Below are positions 49,481 to 62,987 of a DNA stretch of 64,000 nucleotides, piece after piece; positions within the stretch are counted from its first letter, which is position 1; each line of letters opens with the position of its first letter. Location: assembly GCF_009834535.1 (NCBI RefSeq), contig NC_045697.1:87546001-87610000 (forward strand), read 5' to 3'. Source of the stretch: Camelus ferus. Its lineage: Eukaryota. The notes beneath the pieces were generated by a model that was not told the DNA's origin, ran no database searches, and was given only the letters and a program-made list of their open reading frames with translations. The position numbers and the translations under genes were made by a program.

Positions 49481-50879
49481 AGGACAAGAATGAGAAAAGA
49501 AAACTGCTATTATCTGAAGATGATTTAACTGTGTACTAGAAAATCCCCAAGAACCTACAGCTAAATTGTCAGTTTATACAAAAGCATTTTAAGATTGCTG
49601 CATGTAAAATCAATTTAAAAGTAAATTACTTTTTTTTTAATAAATCAACAATAAGCATTTAATAAAAATTTAAAATGTCATTTACAATAGTGTGAGAGTA
49701 TCAAGTACCTAGACATAAATTGTATAAACTTTGTGCAAGATCATTATAGATAAAATTATAAATTACAAATTTTATAAAGACAAAAATTTTATAAAGATGG
49801 AAAAGTTCTCAATAAAATGAGACATTTATCACCCTCAAGGATTGGAAGAATCAAACTTCCAACAGGGTCTTTTTTTGAAATTTGACAACCTGATTTTAAT
49901 ATTTATGTACAAGTGCCAAGCTCCAGAGTCGCTAGTTTTGATGAAGAGTAATGTTCAGTGCCTTGCCCTACTACATACAAAACTTATTATAGCAGTTAAA
50001 TCAGTTTGGCCACAGAAATAAGAAGATCTGTAGAAAAATTCAAAAAGGCTCAGAAACAGACTCACATATATGGATACTTGACTTATGCTAGCAGTGGAGT
50101 GGCCCCTTAGTAGGGAAAGGATATATTTTTTCATAATTGTGCTGAGATGATTGATTATCAAAATGGAAAAAAAAAAAAGAAACTTACCTCACACTGCACA
50201 AAAAATCAATTCCAGGTAGATTAAAGATCTCAATCTTTAAAACTTTTAGAAGAAAATACAGGAGAGTTCTCTGCCTCTTACTCTCTTTTTTCCATTCTCT
50301 TTCTGAAAAGATGTTTTCTGTAGGTATAGAATTCTGGGTTGGTGGTCTTTTCTTTCATCATTTTTGAATCTATTCCATTGTTTCTACTGAGAATTCTTCT
50401 TTTACTCTCAATGTTTTTGGAAGGTACTTTTTTTGGTGTTTTTTTTCCCTTTGTTGGCTTTAAAATTTTCTAGGCCTGGGATAATGTTATCTTTTTCCTA
50501 AAAGTATTTCTTTTTCTTATTGGCATCTGTGGCACTGGCACTCTAGGATCTCCTCAAATCAGTTTTGGAAATTGAAATTGTTTTAAGGTTAACTTTCATT
50601 CCTATGACACCCTGTTTACTTCTGCTCCATCTTAATTCTTGGGATGTAGTCCTTCAGCAATCCAGCCAACAAGAGGGAATTTGCTGGAATCCATACCCAT
50701 TGTCACTAACAATTTGACTCTGTCTTCTTACCCCTTCATACTGTCAAAAATAGTCCCATCTCAATGTTCTGATTACTTATTTTGAGTATATGGTATGGCT
50801 TTGTTACTTATTATTGTATACTTCAGGCTTTAGTTTTCAAAACATTTATTCCTCATTTATGACACAGACATATTACTTC

Positions 50880-51400
50880 ATGATTTTTATGAATGCATGA
50901 ATTTCCACCTTTTAGTATTTTATTAACTATTCACCTATAGTCAAACATTTGCAATTTTAGGTTCCTCATATTTCACTTAAATGAATAATACTACATTGCA
51001 TTTTTAAATAAAATAATCATATATCTCTTCACTGTTTTCTTGGATAGACTCTTGGAAACATAATCATTGAATATTTTAGGCATCATGACACACATTGTCA
51101 GTTTGCCTTCCAGGCAGGTGTTACTAATTTGCAGCCCAGACCAGCATTGCATGGAGTGTCAATCCCCCACACATGTACCAGCACTTACAAATTTGAAAAG
51201 ATTTGGCCAATCTAAATGATCAATCTAAGAAGCCCAAAGGCTTCTTGTTTCACTGTAATTTGCTTTTCTTTGATTATTAATGAGGTTGAATTCTTTTTCA
51301 TAAGCTCATTACTATTTGAATTTCCTCTTATGTGAATTCTCTTTATATCCTTTGCTCTTTTTGTTTTGTTTTGTTTCTATTATGATGTTTGTGTTTTTCA
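50880..51400 (-). mobile_element. Old L1 (L1ME-like) fragment
   Basis: ttactaatttgcagcccagaccagcattgcatggagtg...ttctttgattattaatgaggttga. Confidence 0.55.
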
Positions 51401-51699
51401 TGTTCTGATTTTCTAATGGGGAATATATAGCTACCAGATGGTTTCTTAATAGCACACCCTCCCTCCTCTACTGGAGACACATATTTCACAAATGGCAGGA
51501 TACCAGCTATAGGGGAAAAATGGACTATTTTTACTTCCACTGCAGTTGGTCTTAGGACATATTTTGTGTGTTGCAATATTTTCTAATTATGCTGTAATAC
51601 ATTGGTCACAGTAAGGAGATTGAATTTTAGGGAGAATTTGGATTTTTGAGGAGCACTACAGAAGGTGTTCATTAGTCATACGAAGTCCTTCCATCATGA

Positions 51700-52045
51700 A
51701 AACCCTTCAATTTTTATTCTTGTTCTTTGAATATCCTCTGAACTTCCTAGCACATAACCTCAGCCCACCCTCTCCAACCCCTCTGGAGTCAACGTCTCTC
51801 TTGCTCCCCATGGCTCAGTAGGACAGGCCTTCATTCCGTTCTTAAAGCACACCTCTTTTCAGGCTCACAGTCTTGGCACATGAAACTGCTGCTGCCTACA
51901 GTGTACTTTTTACTTACCCTTTGCTTAACTAACTCCTCATATCAAGTTTCAAGGCTGCATCAGAGAGGGGCTGCTTTTATTTTGTTCTCTACATAATTTC
52001 TGTTATTTTGAACAGTGTCACATTTGAGACATCCAATAAATGGAT
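51700..52045 (+). mobile_element. L2 fragment
   Basis: tcaggctcacagtcttggcacatg...ctaactcctcatatc. Confidence 0.4.
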
Positions 52046-53263
52046 AGTTGCATTACTGACTAGCTGGTTGAGTTAGAAGATAAAACCTTTAGTGTACAAC
52101 TATCTAATTGTAAGCCTGGAAGCCAATCACAGTTCCCATTATATCTCAACCATTGTTCTTACCACTAAGAAATTAGTTCTTACTTATGCACAAGATAAAA
52201 TATTGGAAAGTGCTTTAAACTTTTCTTTTCAACTTGTACTCCTCCTGGGAACCTGCGTTACAGACGTACATTTTGATATGGATAATTTTCTCTTGAGGAT
52301 TACATCCAGGTTTCTATTGTTTCTCTTATATTAATAAACTCTTTTCTTGGATGGACCAGAATCCATTCATCTTTCTGCCTTTTCTGTGATTTCTGGAATG
52401 GATTACATCGTATTTTAATATTTCTTGATTGTCTGAATAACTGGCTTCTAATGAGTCTATTAAGACTGATGTGCCACGTTATAGGCTGTTCTCTAATAGA
52501 CACAAGAAACTGAATTTACCTTTAAGGAAAACATTTTACTAACAAATGTTTATTTTCTTTCTCTCTCTCTCTTTTTTTTTTACTAGCAAAGAAATCTGTG
52601 TGGAGATTTACATATCACTCTTGGATGAAACCTTTTGAACTGACTAGAAATTGTGTTGTATATTTTTCTATTTTTCTTGGACCAAATTCAGGAGAAATGG
52701 CTTTTTCTATGCTGTTGTAATTTGACTATGGGTAGCAATATAACAGTTTACGTGTTGACTTAGCTCAGGGTCTAGAAGATTGTTTCTAATCAGTTTTCCT
52801 TTTTTGGCAACACAGTTTTTCTACAACTCAGGAACTTACATTTATTGATTAGTATATAAAGAAGCTCAAAAACCAATTATTCACATTTGGTTTTCTGTTC
52901 AATCAGCAGGGTTAACATAGGCCTATTTTATGAATATACACACATGCAGCAAGATCCCCCAGTTTTTCATTTATAATTATTCAAAACATTTCCCCATGGG
53001 GAGTAAATTTTGTTAGCTGGATCAGCTCCTGGGATCTCTGAGCTTTGGGAAAAGCATGGGAAAAACTAATAAAAGCAGGGTAAGTAGACCTATTTAATAG
53101 ATAGGAGAGGGGCAGGAGGTTTGGGTGTCTTTCTGACAGTTGGTTATTGATAGTAAGAGGTTAGGGGAGCAATTGCGAAGTATGTTGGAATATTGATGAA
53201 TGCAGTAATGGGAAAAGGTAATTTTTTTTGGAGGATTCCTGTGTAAAAGAAATATAATTTCCC

Positions 53264-53424
53264 TTTTCTTTTTAATTTTAATTTTTTTTTTATTTTTTAA
53301 GTTTTTTTTAGGGGGGAGGTAATTAGGTTTACTTATTTATTTAGTTTTTAGAGGTACTGGGGATTGAACCCAGGACCTCAGTCATGCTAAGCATGCAGTC
53401 TACCACTTGAGCTGTACCCTCTCC
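53264..53424 (-). mobile_element. tRNA-Ala-derived camelid SINE, long form (Vic-1 type)
   Basis: gaggtactggggattgaacccaggacctc...catgctaagcatgc plus tail module ggggggaggtaattaggttt and a T-rich run. Confidence 0.92.
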
Positions 53425-54099
53425 ACCTATTATTTACGAGACTTAATAAAGAAATAAAGCATTTAAAAATTTTGGTTGCTTGGTAGTTTTCACCAAGATG
53501 ATACAATATTAAGATGTGTGGTGCCTTAGGTTTATTTAAGCTTAGGCAATATAATTGTTGGAATCCTTTCTTTTTCTAAAGACCTGTGGAAGTGTGATGA
53601 TCTTTGGATGTATACCTTGGAGCCTGGAACTTAACTCACGTATAAGAATCCATGATGTATAACATTAGTAATGACATTCTATTTTTATGTCTGAGATGCA
53701 TGTGCTGTTAGCTCATTGACACAAGTTCCTATTACATCTTCTTCCAGTTTTCAAGAATGGCTTCATATTTCCAGGCTCCTAAACTGGACCACAGTTAGGC
53801 TTATGCCAAAACTTGTCATTCTTGCTGGCTTTGGTTACATCCCAGATCACCAATTTATTGGGGTAATCTGGGCTTAACTAGTGAATAGTTGAATAGTCAG
53901 TGTGATATAAACACTCACAATACACTTCCTCCTGTAATAGGTTGCCATAAGGAATTAAAGGGCTGAGCGGTGGTCAGAGGTGGGTGTGAGCTAGGTGAGT
54001 GGTGGTGTAGTGGTAGTGAGGTTGCAGAGACACAGAGAACAGTAGGTTCCCATTCGACCTGTCCATCATATAGAGCTGTACTATGACTTACCATGACCC

Positions 54100-54720
54100 T
54101 GAGTCTGTCTTTTAAACCACACCTTTGTTAGGTGGTCTCCAGGGAGCCTGCTCTGCCTCTGGAATTTTGCCTAATAGGATTCTGGAAGTCAACCAGATTC
54201 TGCCAACTAGATGTACTTGTGTGATACTTAGAAGAGGCAAAGTGAGGCAGAAGCCATCCTGCTCTTTCTAGTGGCAATTAAAGTCATGGAGATGTGAATG
54301 CCGAGAGGCATTTTCAGTGGCTGGAGTTGGTTCTCCTGGGTCCACTGGTCCTTAAGACTGCAGTGGAGGGGCAGCCCCCTGACACTTTACTTGACCTACG
54401 TAACTGATGGGTTTCAGTTGCAGCGGTTGTGGAGCTGCGGTCTGTGTTCTGGTGTCTGATCACCAGTTTTACGAGCACTGAGAGAGGGCTGCTGAGGCTT
54501 ACTGACTTCCAGAGCACTGCCACTGTGATGTGTTTTGAATTCAATATTTCCAGAGACAGAGTCCTAACTCCCGATGTTCTAGAGTTTCCAATGAATTCAA
54601 AAGCATCCTATTCTTGAAATTAAATATATTGTTGCTTTTAATTGCTAGAACTTTTTTTGTTTCTTGGATTGAAATTCCATGAGTTTAGTATTTAATACTA
54701 GTTGTAAAGTGACGGCAATA
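54100..54720 (+). mobile_element. ERVL LTR (LTR33-like)
   Basis: cagattctgccaactagatgtacttgtgtgatacttagaagaggcaaagtgaggcagaagccat; lies directly upstream of ERVL gag. Confidence 0.4.
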
Positions 54721-54729
54721 GGCCTTTAA

Positions 54730-56310
54730 AGTCAGGAAATTGGGATTGGTTTTATGACCTGGTTGGATTTGAACGCATTTACAATCTGGTTACCACTGGA
54801 AAATGAGACGCTGGTAGTTCATGGCATCTAGTGGCAAAGCAGTTACTTAAAGTGTCGCTTGTGATATCCTTGAACCAGGTGCTCTATTAAATGTGTTTTG
54901 TCAGACTGAGTATCTATTATTTTGTTAGACCATTAGGATAGTAATGAAAAATTCAAGATGAGGTGGGATAGCTGCTTCCAGCTGTGCTGAAATTTCCTGT
55001 AGTTAAGGAAAATGAGAACAAGCTCAAATTCCTGGTTCAAGGCCCCGGGTCCAGGGAGCTTCGCTGACTGCTCTCAATGAACCACTTATCTTGTAGTCAA
55101 AAGGCCAGTGTAGCTGAGCAGTCTTAGTGTGTAGATGAATTCATATTCTTGCCAGATCACTTATAAGAACTTAAAATGTTGATAAGCAAAAGTGAACCTG
55201 AGACTTGAAATACGGCCTTTTGGGTGGATTTGGGTGAATTTTAATACCTTGAACCACCAAATTGCTCTGTGTCTCCCTAAACAGCAGTGGCATTCCTCTT
55301 ACCTGTCTGGTTAAGCTCGTGGCGCCTCCGGCATGGTGTCTGGCCATGAGGGCTTGTCTGTCCCCGCCACACTCTGCCTCTGTTACCTCCTCACACGTAC
55401 AACTCCCAATGTGCTTTAGGGAGATCAGTACAGATGTGTCCATGGATGAAACAGTAATATGACAAAATCATCCCAACATATAGCCAATATGTATCAGAAG
55501 AAATTTGGAGATGAGACATGGAATAGCACATAGTGATGGTAGACCAGGGAGGAAGGAACATCAATTTCAGGCTTACTTTATCAGCCTGGGTACCCTTACT
55601 AGAAATTCTGAATTCAATATAAGCTTGAGAATTGGGGGTTCTAACTATGTCAGTTAGTTGGCTTGAAAACCTCGTGTCCTCCTAAACTAAATGAAAATCA
55701 TGATGCCAGAAGTTCCTTGGTAAAACACTGAGGAAGGAGTTCAAAGATTTAGGAGTGGATTTATCATATATGACTTACTCACTAACTTGCTGACTCTGTA
55801 TCTGAGAAGGGCCCAGAGCACACTGTGTAGGCCACGCAGTTGAGAAACAGTGTAGTGAAGGCCCCTGACTAGGGCAGTGACCGCAGCAGCTTCGTAGTGG
55901 TTGCTGTCCAGGAAAGAAGGTGTGAGATGCTGCCACTGAAACAGTCCACCTGATTTTAATGGTCATGAATGATGGACTCAGTATGGCAGAGGCCGTGAGG
56001 CAGTGTGGTTACCAAAGCTGGCAGCAGGGTTGGAATGGTTAATAGGATGGTTCGATCTGGAAGGATCTTTGACCATAGTTAGGCAATTGTGGTACCTACA
56101 ACGTTGGGAGAGATGAACAGCACAGTGAAGTCCAACCTGATTTGTGTAACTGTGAGGGCCCTAGGTCTGGTGAACAGTGGCTGGTTCACCATATTTCACC
56201 ATAATTGATGGTCATGGCTTCTCACTCATTTCCATACTTGCTACAATCTGCCCTGAATCACTTTATCCACTCTACTCCAGTGAAAAGGGAGCCAGATATT
56301 CCTGAGGAAT
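54730..56310 (+). mobile_element. Decayed ERVL gag
   Basis: ctggtagttcatggcatctagtggcaaagcagttactt; ggaggaaggaacat; atgccagaagttccttgg...gaggaaggagttcaaag; heavily disrupted. Confidence 0.7.
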
Positions 56311-56329
56311 ATTCCTTGGCTTTTTTTGT

Positions 56330-57270
56330 ATGTGCAAAATTGTCTGTTGTTTTTATCAAATGACAGCTTGGGTGAAAAATCATAGGGTCACTTTCTTTCC
56401 TTGAGGATTTTCTGGATGTAGCTACCTTATTCTCTAGATGTGCTGTAGCTACATTTACATCATCTTCTACTGTAAATGGGTGTCAATATCTTTTAGCTCC
56501 ATCTTGCTTTTGAGAAATACACCAGATTGACATTCTCTCCTTTACAGGTCTCTTGGTAGTTTTGCCTGGCTTCCTAATGCCTACTTGATTTTTTTCTTTA
56601 AATTTGACTAGTAGCTATTTTATTAAATGGACAAGTACCTTTCTTGGGCACACTGTGCTCTTTAGCATATAAATTCAAATTCTCTTTTATTTTGTAAAGG
56701 TTTCTTGAATTATATTTAAGTATATTTGTGCTTCCATTATTTTAGTTTTCTTCGTTGGGTTATGAAAAATTTCATCTCACTACTTTATCTATCATTTTTT
56801 CCTAATCCTTTTTATCTATTTCCATTTTGGGGGGGGGGTTGATTTCCTCTTTTTATCCTCCATGTCCTTAGTGCACTTCAGCAATACCTATTTTCTCTTG
56901 TACACTTCTAATTTCATGTTCGTTTCTGGGATCATCTTATTTTTTCCTCTATTCCTTACTTGAGCAGTAAGCTCATGTTTCATTTCCTTTAGCAATTTCA
57001 CTGCTTTTTGGAGTTTCTGTATCTTGTATCTACCACTTTGTGTGTTAGCATCACAGAAGTTCTTACTTCCTTGAACTTTTCAAATTAATGGTAAAAATGT
57101 GTAGTCATGCTATTCATCTCCTCAGTGGTAGATTTTTCTGGAGACTAGCCTATGTCTATCATTTATATTCCTTGCTCCTTTACTCCTTTTCTGTGAAGTA
57201 TGTTTGAGTCCATATCAATATTGTGAATGTACTTTTTTGGTAACCTGCCTTTGAATGAGGTGAATTTTCC
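56330..57270 (-). mobile_element. HAL1 / old L1 5' remnant
   Basis: T-rich; gacagcttgggtgaaaaatcatagggtcactttctttccttgagga. Confidence 0.4.
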
Positions 57271-57854
57271 TGGGGCCCCTCGGGGAGTGGTCAGGGCTGG
57301 TTTCAGGGACAACTGTATTATAACTCAGGCTCCTGTACATAACTTTGGTTAGCCCTTACTTTTCTTAGAGAGCTGGGCAGCTCTTTGGGAAGGTCCTTTG
57401 TGTGTATATGTTTGTTGCTTTACAGCGCAACGTTGTCATTCTCTCTCTCTTGCTCCCTGCAAACATGGCTTGCGTGTGTGGCTTCTCATTAACTCCGGTC
57501 TTCTTTGCTTCTTGGAATGAAACCAGGCACAGGGAAATTCCTGAGACCAGACAGAACACACTCTTCCAGCTCTTGCAAAAGAAGAGAATCCAGGTTTTGC
57601 ACTGATGAATGTGCCCCTCACAGCTGAGAAGAAGACTTGGCGGGCTCTTTCTGCAACCCTAGCGTCCTCTCAGCACATCCCCGGTCCCCTCAGCCTCCCT
57701 TGCTTCACCTCCACTGCTTTTGGGAATCCTTTCACATATTTTGTGATTTGGGCTTTAGTTATCTCCTAGTGGTGCTAAAGTGGATATTGTATTTTGGATC
57801 TCATTCTCTGAAAAATCGGTTTTGTGTTTTAACTTAATTCAACTAGTAATCACT

Positions 57855-58070
57855 GATAATCACTGAGCATTCACTGTGTGCCAGATACTGGACACTTGGG
57901 GGCTCTGAAGACAAATTCCTTGTTTTGGAGGACTTTTTAAAATAAAGTGGAGTACTAAAAATAAACAGCTACAATGACAAAAAAAAAAAAAAAAAAAAAA
58001 AAAACCCCAAACAACACAACAAAAAGGCAGAATGTGTTAAGTGTCAATGCAGAGATTCAAAATGGTAGTT
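57855..58070 (-). mobile_element. L2 3' tail containing an A26 run (57979-58004)
   Basis: cactgagcattcactgtgtgccagatactg...aaggcagaatgtgttaagtg. Confidence 0.55.
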
Positions 58071-59714
58071 TAGACAAACCTGGGAAACAGGAAAGGGTGG
58101 CAGTTCATAGCAACACCTCGCGAGGCTAGGAGCACGCGTACTCTGCAGGTGGTCAGTCATCAACAAAGAGTTAATGGATCTAGAAGATTCCTTTTCAGTG
58201 GGAAGACCTGGGATCTATAAAAATCCTGCTCTTGGTGTAATTTCAAGAGGAAGCTGCATATACAATTTTAAGATATTCTGGTTCCTGTAATTATTGCTCA
58301 TTCTTTCTTTTGCTACATTTGCTTCTGGGTCAGGTCATCTGTCTCACAGCTGACATTCTTTTCATTAATCCTGGTGCCTTTGAGGTAAACTTTGGAGAAT
58401 GGGTCTAACGTTGACAGATGCATACAGAGGGGAAGAGCAGTCTCTATAAAACAAAGGACTGGGCCAAAACGACAGGAATGAGAAATCAGGACATCATAGG
58501 AAGTAAGTCTGGAAAATCTGCATGGGGCTACATTAAGTACATAGGATGCCAACCCAAAATACCCTTTAGTTTTCTGATAGAGGAATATTGTTTCAAATAG
58601 GATCAAAGAAAACCAGATAAATTTCCCCTAAAAGTCCCCATTTTCTACATCTATCTTGAAAGATAACAGGACACTAATTATATCAGCCTATTTTTCAAAA
58701 AATTGACAGTGTTTCCTCTTATAAAGTACTAAGTTTCTAATTGATGGAAGTGGAATATTTAGTTATTCACTGTGGGTAATCAGTGTTATTTATCCTTTTA
58801 CACTTTCAATTTTCTTGATTAACTATCACTGATTGAAAATCTTACTTGATTTTTATCGCTGTAATGAGATTTAGTGCATTCTTTCCTTTCCTATGTTCCT
58901 GTCCCCACTTCGTCCCTCCCATCCCCTCTTTTGTTCTCCCCTTCTCCCTTCTTATCTTCTCTCTGCTCATTCAGTTAGCAATCCATCAGTTTTAATGGGG
59001 GTATATATAGATGTAATACAGCAATGATTACTTTTTTTTAAATAAGGTTCCTGTATCTTTACCATTTGGGGCACAATGCTGTATTTTTCATACCGTATGG
59101 TCTTTGCAATGTTTATAATGCTTTCTTTCATTAAAAAGGATTTGTTTATAGATGTCATAAAGTAAAGCATCACTCTTAGCTCTCATAATCATAATCACCA
59201 CCAATACCACCATAATAACGATAACCTTTGGGTTCAAAAGACCAAACAGTTTTATAATGTTCTACTTGTCTTCGGATCTTCACTACCGTGGCTTTTATGC
59301 ATTCATGAAAACAGCAGAGAATAAAAGCTTGGTAGTTTACATGCTGTAAAAATTAAAAGGACATGATTAAGGATTAAAGGAGGTAATGATTTAATTTTGG
59401 AGTTGCTGAGCTGGGTTCTGGTGGTCTGGGAAGCTCTGGGGAAAATCCTGATATTGCAGTAACAGATTTGGGTTGGAATATTTTGTGAACGCAATAGCAG
59501 ATGCACTTAGGGAAGGCTTCTCAAATCAAGATGTTGCCTCACACGACCTTAGGACTCGATGATTCTCCCAAGGGTCTAGATTTGGCGAGAAGTTTTCTGT
59601 TTAACTAAAACTGGAAAATTATTCCCTTTCACATTTTATTTAAAGAGTCATGTAAAATTACACGGTTTGCAAAAACTATTAACAGAATATAAATATATGG
59701 TCTTTAAGCCGGTC

Positions 59715-59795
59715 AAATCTATTTATAGTCTTTAGACAGCTGAATTAAGGTGAATATCCTTTATGGTAATTTTCCTGGGGCTATAAATACGGCAT
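59715..59795. promoter_or_regulatory. MEF2 + E-box + TATA/MEF2-like cluster
   Basis: CTATTTATAG 59719-59728, CAGCTG 59737-59742, CTATAAATAC 59781-59790. Confidence 0.35.
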
Positions 59796-60332
59796 GTGTG
59801 TCTCTGTTCTCTTTGCTTCCACTGATGAACCTCAAATTGCTTACTGGACCTTTTTGAGACTCTCAGGAATTTGTGTGTCTTCTACCAGGTTGTTGAAGAT
59901 ACATACCTTGGAAATTTTCAAGGATTCAACTAGGCATTAAGAGAGTTAATAAATTCGAAAAGTTTGAAAATTTGTACTGATGATCTTCGGCCTCTCGAAT
60001 CCTTGATACTGGGGTACCATTGCTTGTCATTGCACACTTACATTTGCTTGTATTTTCTTTACTTTCAAGGACTACTAATAAATAATATATGGCATATTTA
60101 TGACCATGTGTCACTTGACCCAATTCAGAATTAACCTACAGGAACTCTGCTACATGATAAATATAATCAAATACCATGAAAATATCTTATTAAACTCTAT
60201 AATCTTTAAAACCATGCAATAAATCACATAACTTGCAAAGATTTTACATCTCATCCTAATGATATTTAAATTCCTGTTCAAGACTGGATTTTTAAAAAAT
60301 GTCCATTCTAAATGTTAAAAAGTTAAGTAGCA

Positions 60333-60420
60333 GGAGGGGGTATATCTCAGTGGTAGAGCGCATGCTTAGTAGTCACAAGGTCCTGGGTTCAATCCCCAGT
60401 ACTTCCATTACAAAAAAAAA
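60333..60420 (+). mobile_element. tRNA-Ala-derived camelid SINE with TSD
   Basis: gggggtatatctcagtggtagagcgcatgcttagt...ggtcctgggttcaatccccagtacttccatt plus A-tail; TSD taagtag at 60324-60330 and 60421-60427. Confidence 0.92.
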
Positions 60421-62987
60421 TAAGTAGGAATTTTGACCGTTTGTTTGAATAATGAGAGCTGCACATTGACAGTAACTATTCATACTTTGTACCAAGATCT
60501 TAATTTGACATGATGGCATGTTTTAGTTGTGTTTGGATTTACTGTCAAACCCTAAAAACATTAGTAAATGGTACCCGCACTTTTAAATCATAAAAGGAAA
60601 CCTAGATTTGTTTGCAGTTTTTTTAATCTGTTGTTAATATACTTGAAAGAACACAGCCCTGTCTAATAAACACATCAAACTAATGGGTACCAGAGCAGTT
60701 CAGAAGAGTGTTTGTTGTTTGGTGTTTAGATTTCAGTCAGAATTAATCAACAATGGATGGGGCCTGCTGTATTTATTAGCAGCTCAAATCCCTGTGATTT
60801 AATGCCAGGTCCCTTTGACTCATTCCAGTGAATGCTGGCAAGGTTACAGCACTGATACAAACTTACATCCTTGGGTCTTAAAAAGAAAGGGAAAAATAGA
60901 GCCTAAAATCAGACCACAGGATTGGCAAGAATTTCCCAAGAGCCATTTTGGATTTCACCCTATGCAGGGAGTCTGTGAATAGGAAGCAATTGACTCAGGA
61001 ACACTGAGCTTTTTTTTTTTTTTTTTGCCTGAAGAAGCCCTAAGCTGTGCAGATGGCTCGCTGGCATAATCCAGTCTGCTCTTGTCTTTTATTTTATATA
61101 TTAGGCTACTTTCTTCTCACGCTCTATATTGCTTTTATTTTCTCTCTTTAAGCCTCCAAATTTTGGGGCAACAAGAGGTTGCAGGGGTTCATTGAGGTGG
61201 TTTCTGAGTTGCTAGTCCTTGGCTGGCAATGCCGCCGGCTTGTCACAGTCAGCACTAGGGTCTTCTTTGTACAAAAGTGTCAACTTTTGAATGATGCCCC
61301 TGGAAACAGATGTAAAGATTAATCTTGAGAATGCTTTCTTTTCCCCCTGAGGCTCCGAAAATGTGCCTCCTTGTGCAATAGTCCTGATTCTCGACATGTA
61401 TTTTTTCCGAGTGATCTTATTTTTCAATTACAAAGAATTACATTCTTTACTGTTCATGTTCAGAAAATTCCACAGCCCTTAGCCCTTCCTGCTGCTTCTC
61501 ATGTCTAGGGGCTGCCTTTCGAGAGCAAATTATTTGTGGGAAGACAGTATTTATCTGGAAACTCTTCAGTGAAAACTTGATGGAGTCATCGTTCCTCTAG
61601 GGACCATCTGTCTCCCTCAGAAGATAAGATTGGCCAGTGTCTCCCTCCTACAACTTCCTATGGGAAGATAGCCGGCTTTTGGCCCGATAAGTAGGTTCAC
61701 ACTGAATGAGTCGGTGCGGTCTCACACATCTTTTCATGTCCATCCCAGAAAATGTTTCTATCTATCTTTTGCTAGGCCATATTGTCTGTTTTCTCTCATT
61801 TGGAGGCAAATTTTGACGGAAAAAATACACGCCCAGATGGGCCTATGTTCAAGTATTTCCATGTTAAATTTTAGGACATATCTCAATGTGTTCTGAAACT
61901 AATCTGTATTTTAAAAAACAACACTGAGGATGTTAATCACATGCCTGTGTGTTCCTTTAGTGCCCCATGGTCAAATGACAAGTTTCCTTTCAGCAAATAG
62001 AAGCCTTTGTGGGAAAAGTATGGGCTATCTTTTTTTTTTTTTTTTTTCCCCAATTGTAAATGTTCCGCACACAGAGGATAAATACCACAGAATCCACCAC
62101 TTTGGAATGACTTGGATTGTGAGTCAATGTCCTTGTTTTCCCTCCTTAAAAATTGTCTTTTCCATTTATATGGGAAACATATGTAGATAGTTCCTCCTTT
62201 CTTCTCGTTAAACAATGTGCGTAATGCATTTCAGCTGAGAGTTAAAAAAAGCTCTGGTTCTTTAAACATTTGTATACAATCGCCCAGTGTCCTCCAACAT
62301 ATAGATTTTTTCCTCACGATGGTGATCGTTGTCTCTATAGTCAGCACTGTATTGTGTGAGGGGCATTTATTTCGGTACTGCCACACTTGATATTCTTATG
62401 GTCTCTTTTAGATTATGTATCTCAAGAGCATTGCTTGCCAAGAGGAACTTGGCTTTGTCAAGTGAAAGATGTTTAAATTTAAGACCAAATACAGATTTTT
62501 GACTAGAGATGGCAGAGGAAATGTGTTTGTATCCCAGTTTATTCCTTGAAATAATAAAAAAACAATGGGGCAAAACAAGAAAGAAAGGCTATGTTCAGCG
62601 AAACTAGGCACAGGGAAACCACGCAAACCAGACAACAAAGTACAGACGCCAAAAACAGTGAAATCAGGACCAGACCAAGATAGCTCCAGTCTGAGGGTAC
62701 GTACGTCTCTGGTCTCCGGCAGTAAGGACGGTGCTTTACAAGTTGGGTGCCCAGTCCTGAAAGGGCCACCCAAGGATTTATCCCTGGACTGACAGAATCT
62801 GGGGTTTGTATTGGCTGCAGGCAGGTCATTGAATTCAGATTTACACGTCAAAGAGGAGCAGGGTCAGGATATAAACAGAATTATCAGACACACCATTTTA
62901 TCACAAGCAGGCTGACCACTAGGAAGAGGGAAGATGTTAGAAGGCCAACAGGGTTTTTAGGAAATCACAGGCAGCCGAAGGCTTCTA

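Larger units (their letters stand above)
47560..50265 (+). mobile_element. Old L1M ORF1-end/ORF2 remnant hosting a younger insert at 48485-49480
   Basis: agaattctgtatccaatgaaaactgtcattcaaaaatgaag (ORF1 end); cattctctgacaac (EN SDH-like); ggaccaga; ctgaagatgat...ctagaaaatccc (RT ADD-like). Confidence 0.65.

Noticed and set aside
60333..60420. tRNA genes (also 16104, 42092, 53264)
   Set aside because: Mutated tRNA-Ala-like bodies with A-rich tails, one with a clear TSD; these are SINEs
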